Shown here piece by piece: positions 58,786-64,000 of a stretch of DNA of 64,000 nucleotides. Source of the stretch: Pseudomonadota bacterium (GTDB taxonomy: Bacteria > Bdellovibrionota > Bdellovibrionia > Bdellovibrionales > SG-bin7). The stretch is taken from contig JAWXAY010000010.1 of the NCBI GenBank assembly GCA_034439715.1, positions 1 to 64,000 of the forward strand, read 5' to 3'. The translations under genes and the position numbers were made by a program. Within the stretch, counting starts at the first letter, position 1. Every line of letters starts with the position of its first letter. The notes beneath the pieces were generated by a model. That model searched no databases, was not told the origin of the DNA, and worked only from the letters and a program-made list of their open reading frames with translations.

Positions 58786-59739
58786 CTATTCTAGGTATCT
58801 CTGCATTTGATTATACCCTAATCTCGCTATAGCGGCCCTTTGATTGCAGTGTCGACAGAGTAGTCTTAGGTTTTTGATGTCTGAAGACCCACCCAAGCTT
58901 AGCGGGTTTAGATGATCAATCTCCAAGGCATATTCGGAACTACAATTTTGGCATTTTCCTGCAGCTTTACGCCAAACATCTTTTTTTAATTTTATAGAAA
59001 TATATTGTCTCGTGGGTTTTGTCGTTGTGATCACCGCTACTTTCGGCGCCGGCGGTATGTTTTTGGGCAAATCGATTTTCTGTTTCTTTCCTATTTTAAG
59101 TTCTCGGCGCAAAGGATCCAGTTCATTTAATGCCATTTCACAAAGTTCATTGATAAGGTCTGAGGTATTTAGGCCCGGCTTTCGATGGGCAATCAGGCCC
59201 TTAATTCGATTCATCTTAGAAAGTAAATTCTGATCAGCCGAAAATCTCACCTCAGTAACTTCTGGCGTAACTTGTCTGAATTTTTCTACGACGGGTTTGG
59301 GCGGAACAGAAGATCTCGATATTAAAATTTTCTCCCCTTCACGACTGGATTTGTTCGAAAGTTCCTCTAAAACTTTAAACTTTTCATGAGGACTCATGGC
59401 AGACAGTTTTTCTTCTTGGTTAAAAAACGTTTTAGCTTGAACAACATTACTTAAACTCAATTCGCCTCTTGAAATTTTTTCTTCAATTGTTGGAATCTCT
59501 GTAATCATACGCATGGCCACAATTCTTCGCTGGGCCTGGCTTTCTGAATACTTAAGAGCCTGCATGCAGTACGAAAACAAACTGGGAAATCCCAGAGCAG
59601 AATAGAGTCTTCGTCTTTGGATTTCCTGCAAGTGACGCAGGATCTCGGTTAAGACTTCGCGCTCGGATGTCACCAGTGATTTTGTTTTTTCAAGTAACTC
59701 TTTGTCAGATAAACTATTTAAGTTCATAAAGCCCCCCAT
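58786..59739 (-). CDS. HNH endonuclease domain protein
   Basis: C-terminal CQNCSSEYALEIDHLNPLSLGG...NLRLLCRHCN HNH motif. Confidence 0.7.
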   Translation of the reverse strand: MGGFMNLNSLSDKELLEKTKSLVTSEREVLTEILRHLQEIQRRRLYSALGFPSLFSYCMQALKYSESQAQRRIVAMRMITEIPTIEEKISRGELSLSNVVQAKTFFNQEEKLSAMSPHEKFKVLEELSNKSSREGEKILISRSSVPPKPVVEKFRQVTPEVTEVRFSADQNLLSKMNRIKGLIAHRKPGLNTSDLINELCEMALNELDPLRRELKIGKKQKIDLPKNIPPAPKVAVITTTKPTRQYISIKLKKDVWRKAAGKCQNCSSEYALEIDHLNPLSLGGSSDIKNLRLLCRHCNQRAAIARLGYNQMQRYLE

Positions 59740-60001
59740 TTAAACCAAACATAACACGGTATTTTTCGCACGAATTTTTCCTCCTTAAACCGACGCAAGC
59801 TGGTTTCTAAAAATAGAGAGTTCGCAGGCCTGCATAGTTATGGCAGCACTCAGCTAAAGGCCCGCAAGTGACTTTAACAAGGGTGCAGTGCTGGCGATGC
59901 AATGACGTATAAATTTTTTCGAAAATTTATTAAACTGATGTCAAGGAAAGTTTAAAAAAATAATACCAAAATATTAAAAATGGAATTAACTTGTATGAAA
60001 A

Positions 60002-60469
60002 TCAGTGAATGATTTTTAGGCCCTTAAGACTGTAAGGCACTTGGGATTTCATGGCCTTTGTTGACTGAGCGCCAACTTTATCTGATTCAGGAGGCGTCAA
60101 AATTTGGGTTGTCCCATACTTTACCCCATCCTGAAGTTCGTAAACAGAAAAAACCACTTTCCACTGACTTGATTTAAATCGCACCACGATTTCAGAGTGT
60201 ACCGTGGTGCCGGCCTTCACGTCGTTATGGTTGACAGTTGTGGTGCCCTGCACCAGTTCCACTTCGGGGGGTAAAATCCAGTCCATGGTAAGCTCGTTAT
60301 AATCTTGTGCCACGGTAGCCTTGCCGGTTAATGTGATGTCGAGGTTTGGATCATCGTATTTTGTTTGAGACGGAATTATTTCAAGTGCCAGCGGGCCCTT
60401 ACTTTTAGAAATTGCACCATTTGAAAAAAGCAATAGTCCTACTAAAAAAAAATTTGAAATTAAGGACAT
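60002..60469 (-). CDS. Small secreted protein (hypothetical), downstream of metalloprotease
   Basis: Signal peptide; 155 aa. Confidence 0.4.
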   Translation of the reverse strand: MSLISNFFLVGLLLFSNGAISKSKGPLALEIIPSQTKYDDPNLDITLTGKATVAQDYNELTMDWILPPEVELVQGTTTVNHNDVKAGTTVHSEIVVRFKSSQWKVVFSVYELQDGVKYGTTQILTPPESDKVGAQSTKAMKSQVPYSLKGLKIIH

Positions 60470-62253
60470 ACTTGTGCTCCTCCCGCGGTCAAGGTGTAGT
60501 TAATGCTCCCCGCGCCAGTATAATATTGCACGACCACTAAATAATGTCCAATTGCTAAGGAGGGCGTTAACGATACACTTCCATTATCAGTAGTGCTGTC
60601 GTTAAAAAGGACCATGTCTGAAACATCAAGTTCAATGGGGCTATAGTTATTAAAGAGATTGTGGTCGCGTCTCATAATAAATAAATCCATATCTTCGCTG
60701 CCTGGAGAGGAATAATTGAGGGTAAAATTTATAGTACCATTTGATGTTTTGATATAATCCCAATAATCAAAAGAGATATAGGCGCCACTTCCATTAGTGG
60801 CGGTAGTAGTACTTTTAGGAATTGCAGTAGTACACGCGCCCCCTTGAACCTTTGTGGCGTAGCCTGTGCGATTAGCGACCTGATTCTCACTACCTAAAAG
60901 TGCAGTGTAGCTGGTGCTGCCAGAAAATGCCGCGTGAACTTCTTGAAAAAGTCCGAAAGACCTAAAGTTTACGCTTAATGTTTTTAATGCTGTAAATGCG
61001 GCCCACAGTTGATCAAAAGTGCCGGCGCCATTTACAGTATCAAAGCTATCGTCCCCAGCATTTGTGGCGTCTACGGCGTCATAGAGTGATCTCGTAATGC
61101 CAAACTCTCTAAAGTTTCCTTCTCCCGCCTCGTTACCTTTATCAAAACAACCAGAACCGGGTATGTTTTGAGTTTGGCAGATATATTCTGTGCTCACATT
61201 AAAGTATATCTGCGGAGACCCGCTTATGTTTCCGACAGTGTCGCGGTAAAAAGAAACTCCAGTAACTGCCGCTTGTAAAAAATTTGCCCAACCTTCGCTC
61301 CACGCTAGCCGTGCATCAATCGCCGTTGTGCCCGAATGGCCACCGCCGGGAGAGTCAGACGTCGAATAGTGAGCTTCGATAAAATGGCCATACTCGTGAA
61401 TAATAATTGAAGAATCAAAATGATCGGTATCCGCACTGTCGGTATCGCCGCTAATGCCACCCAAGATATATAAATAATCTTGGCTAGGCACATAAAAACT
61501 TAAGCCACTGCCATTATCACCAAGATAAGAGTTGGGATTAAAACCCTTTGTCCAATATACGTTTACCTTAAAGGTAGGTGTATAAGGTGTGCAGGTTAGA
61601 CTTTGGCTCTCAAAAGATCCGGTCATGCTGGCACACGAAGCTGTTTTAGTGACCAAGTATTGGTTGGTGTCTAAGATTTTATCTAAAATGTTAAAAGCAC
61701 CGCCCTCAAGAGTTCCGGTAGCAGGGGCAGTAATTGTACCAACGCTTTTTGAGGAATCAGGCGTAAATGTTGTTGAAATAGTATAGTGGGTATTGCTTGT
61801 CGGATTATTAAGTATGCTAGCTTTATACTGTGAATTATTGGCACGTGAGCTTATTTTCACGGTCCATGTCTCGCCAGTCGTGTTTGCCTGAAAAGAAAAA
61901 TTCCCGCTGCCGTCAGTTTCTGCACATTGAGCAATAGCACCGGCTTCGTTATAAACGACGACTTCGGCAAAGCGAATGGGTTTTGGTGTTGGATCAACTC
62001 CACCCAGGCCGCTCGAAGAGGATGTGCGAAATTGGTACTTGGCTGTACCAGTAATAGTTGCCGGCGAAGAATAGGTGATAGAATTTGAACAATAATTCGC
62101 CTCAGCTCTCACCGAAACTGAAGTATCAGGCCGGTTTTTGCCACACCCTGAGTAAATCAAAACTATCGCGAGCGGGAGTAATGGAATGAGTAAAAATTGG
62201 CGGCCAATCATCATGATCTTATCGGCAAAAGAACCACAAAAATTAAGTCTCAT
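60460..62253 (-). CDS. Secreted zinc metalloprotease (HExxH) with C-terminal beta-rich domain
   Basis: IIIHEYGHFIEAHY; signal or lipoprotein-like N-terminus; Thr/Ser/Gly-rich. Confidence 0.55.
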   Translation of the reverse strand: MRLNFCGSFADKIMMIGRQFLLIPLLPLAIVLIYSGCGKNRPDTSVSVRAEANYCSNSITYSSPATITGTAKYQFRTSSSSGLGGVDPTPKPIRFAEVVVYNEAGAIAQCAETDGSGNFSFQANTTGETWTVKISSRANNSQYKASILNNPTSNTHYTISTTFTPDSSKSVGTITAPATGTLEGGAFNILDKILDTNQYLVTKTASCASMTGSFESQSLTCTPYTPTFKVNVYWTKGFNPNSYLGDNGSGLSFYVPSQDYLYILGGISGDTDSADTDHFDSSIIIHEYGHFIEAHYSTSDSPGGGHSGTTAIDARLAWSEGWANFLQAAVTGVSFYRDTVGNISGSPQIYFNVSTEYICQTQNIPGSGCFDKGNEAGEGNFREFGITRSLYDAVDATNAGDDSFDTVNGAGTFDQLWAAFTALKTLSVNFRSFGLFQEVHAAFSGSTSYTALLGSENQVANRTGYATKVQGGACTTAIPKSTTTATNGSGAYISFDYWDYIKTSNGTINFTLNYSSPGSEDMDLFIMRRDHNLFNNYSPIELDVSDMVLFNDSTTDNGSVSLTPSLAIGHYLVVVQYYTGAGSINYTLTAGGAQVCP

Positions 62254-62290
62254 ATTGAAACACTCTCGTCTCTATTGTATAAGAATAAAT

Positions 62291-62548
62291 ATGGAAAAGG
62301 GCTGCAATTCTGACATCACGGCTTTAGGCAAATCGTACCATGTCCAGACTGAGGACTGGGGCCTTAAAAACCCATTTATTGTTAGCCAAATATTTCGCAA
62401 TGGTGCAATTGTGAAAAGTGTAAAGAATCCCTACGAAAAAATACTTCCGCGTGGGCTAAGGTCTGATAGTCCCTCCATTCGTCTGGCTCTACGCAAGCAG
62501 CATCAAGAAATTCTAGACCTTCTCAATTCTGGTCAATTCGTTCTATAA
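62291..62548 (+). CDS. Hypothetical small protein
   Basis: ATG at 62291; precedes ftsE. Confidence 0.3.
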   Translation: MEKGCNSDITALGKSYHVQTEDWGLKNPFIVSQIFRNGAIVKSVKNPYEKILPRGLRSDSPSIRLALRKQHQEILDLLNSGQFVL

Positions 62549-62564
62549 CCGTTAACATATAAGA

Positions 62565-63248
62565 ATGATTTCACTATCTCATATTTATAAGACCTATCCC
62601 GGGCCCATTCATGCACTCAGTAATTTTGATTTAAATATAGAAAAAGGGGAGTCGGTATTCATAACTGGTCCCAGTGGCTCAGGAAAAACAACTTTGTTTC
62701 GTTTGGTGTCTGGCTTTGATCGACCCAGTTCGGGAGCGATTTCTGTCGCTGGATTCAATATCAATGAACTTACTGAAAAAGAAGTTCCCTATTTTCGTAG
62801 AAATATTGGTGTCGTGTTTCAAGATTTCAGATTACTAAAAGATCGTACCGTTTTTGAAAACGTTGCATTACCTCTTGAAATCAAAGGTCAAAAATTTGTC
62901 GGTATAAAACAAAAAGTAAATGAGATGCTCGATATTGTTGGTCTCACGTTTAAGCGCGAACAACATCCGGAGCAGCTGTCGGGCGGAGAGCAGCAGCGGG
63001 TCGCTATTGCGCGCGCCCTCATTCATCAACCAGGCGTATTAATAGCGGACGAGCCGACAGGTAACTTGGACGAAGAGCTAAGTTTGGGAATAATGGAGCT
63101 GCTAGATAAGGTCAATGCTCAAGGCACCACGGTACTAATTGCCACTCACGATATGGACCTCGTCAAAAAAAAGCGGCGCCGAGTGATTCAGATTAAATCA
63201 GGTAACATTGTAAAGGACTCAAAAAATGAACCAAATGCTTTGGGCTAA
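62565..63248 (+). CDS. ftsE: Cell-division ABC ATPase FtsE
   Basis: Walker A GPSGSGKTT, signature LSGGEQQR, Walker B LIADEPTGNLD. Confidence 0.9.
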   Translation: MISLSHIYKTYPGPIHALSNFDLNIEKGESVFITGPSGSGKTTLFRLVSGFDRPSSGAISVAGFNINELTEKEVPYFRRNIGVVFQDFRLLKDRTVFENVALPLEIKGQKFVGIKQKVNEMLDIVGLTFKREQHPEQLSGGEQQRVAIARALIHQPGVLIADEPTGNLDEELSLGIMELLDKVNAQGTTVLIATHDMDLVKKKRRRVIQIKSGNIVKDSKNEPNALG

Positions 63249-63963
63249 TTTAAAGAGAACCTGGACCCATCACTTTGGAACTCAGATGACTACTCTCATA
63301 GTATTGGCGGCATCATATGCGATTATTTGTTCATTTTTGACCTTAGGTCAAAATTTGAGAAACATTTTATCGCTTTGGGGTGACTCAATTCAAATGACGG
63401 TTTTTTTAAAGGAAGAAACAAAAGAAGATAGTGGCAACGAAAAACTGACTCAACTAAAAACGAGGCTACAAGCTATAAACGGCGTAGATGATGTAAAATA
63501 TGTTTCGAAGCAAGAGGCCGCCGAAAAATTTAAAATGGAAATGTCGGGCTTTATGCCAGAAGTCTTTCAGGACGAAGAATTTATCGCACCATTTCCATCG
63601 AGTTTTATTATAAGTTTCAAAGACCAACTAAAGCAAAAAATCGACACCCTAAGGCTTGCAGAAATTGCTAAACAAATATCAGGTTTTGAGGGAGCCGAGG
63701 ACATTGCTTATGGTCAAGACTGGCTCAACAACTATGCCAGCTTTATTAAGGGAATAAATAGTATGGGGCTGGCATTGGTTTTAGTTCTCCTTTCAGGAAG
63801 TGTCTTCGTAGTCGGCACCTCTATAAAGACTTCTATTTCTGCGAGACGCGATGAAATCGAAATTATGGAACTCGTCGGGGCTACAAGTCAGATGATCAGG
63901 TGGCCCCTTGTCGTCGAAGGACTTTTTTTAGGACTTTTGGCTTCAACTGTGGCTGGTTTCTAA
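63226..63963 (+). CDS. ftsX: Cell-division permease-like protein FtsX (ORF ends prematurely at poly-T run)
   Basis: TM1, periplasmic domain, TM2 and start of TM3; overlaps ftsE end. Confidence 0.7.
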   Translation: MNQMLWANLKRTWTHHFGTQMTTLIVLAASYAIICSFLTLGQNLRNILSLWGDSIQMTVFLKEETKEDSGNEKLTQLKTRLQAINGVDDVKYVSKQEAAEKFKMEMSGFMPEVFQDEEFIAPFPSSFIISFKDQLKQKIDTLRLAEIAKQISGFEGAEDIAYGQDWLNNYASFIKGINSMGLALVLVLLSGSVFVVGTSIKTSISARRDEIEIMELVGATSQMIRWPLVVEGLFLGLLASTVAGF

Positions 63964-64000
63964 CTTTTTTTGCTTTTACCTTTGTTAGAGAGTCCATGGC

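Noticed and set aside
1-64000. CRISPR arrays, rRNA, IS elements with terminal inverted repeats
   Set aside because: Scanned for regularly spaced direct repeats and transposase-like ORFs and found none. The only mobile-element trace is the recombinase-domain fragment at 17235-17753.

Overview
The window is a densely coding chromosomal segment from a moderate-GC bacterium. Protein content (tolQRAB, sufBCDS-nfu, mvaS, glnE, multiple motAB/che genes, many secreted hydrolases) suggests a Bdellovibrio-like predator, but that is only an impression and was not computed. No rRNA, tRNA or CRISPR array was found.

Housekeeping genes present: argS, dus, htpX, hpf-like, ftsE/ftsX, motA/motB, a cyclophilin, glnE, the Rrf2-regulated sufBCDS-nfu operon, HMG-CoA synthase, and znuA/znuB-like metal uptake genes.

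Other content:
- A membrane-stress-like operon on the minus strand: SPFH/prohibitin, a small membrane partner, a Zn-ribbon protein, YqhA and TerC.
- A sbtA-sbtB (bicarbonate transporter plus PII-like) operon extended by a dihydroorotase-like amidohydrolase and an M23 peptidase, divergent from an NhaR-type LysR regulator.
- Two chemotaxis modules: a DUF3365 haem protein next to cheW-mcp-cheR, and a cNMP/HATPase-like protein followed by a single-polypeptide CheR-REC-CheB fusion.
- A likely accessory stretch (~12.95-21.7 kb) carrying an AAA+ ATPase plus S8 subtilase pair that resembles the IetAS defence family, preceded by an HTH/recombinase-domain remnant. It also holds a lipoprotein metallopeptidase, a Gp49/HigB-like toxin with HTH antitoxin, and hypotheticals.

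Further noteworthy items:
- An ABC NBD whose catalytic motifs are all degenerate, fused in an operon with an ABC-2 permease.
- A relic of a LysR gene 3' end duplicated in an intergenic region.
- Several perfect palindromes in promoter regions.
- A possible frameshift at a poly-T run at the end of ftsX.
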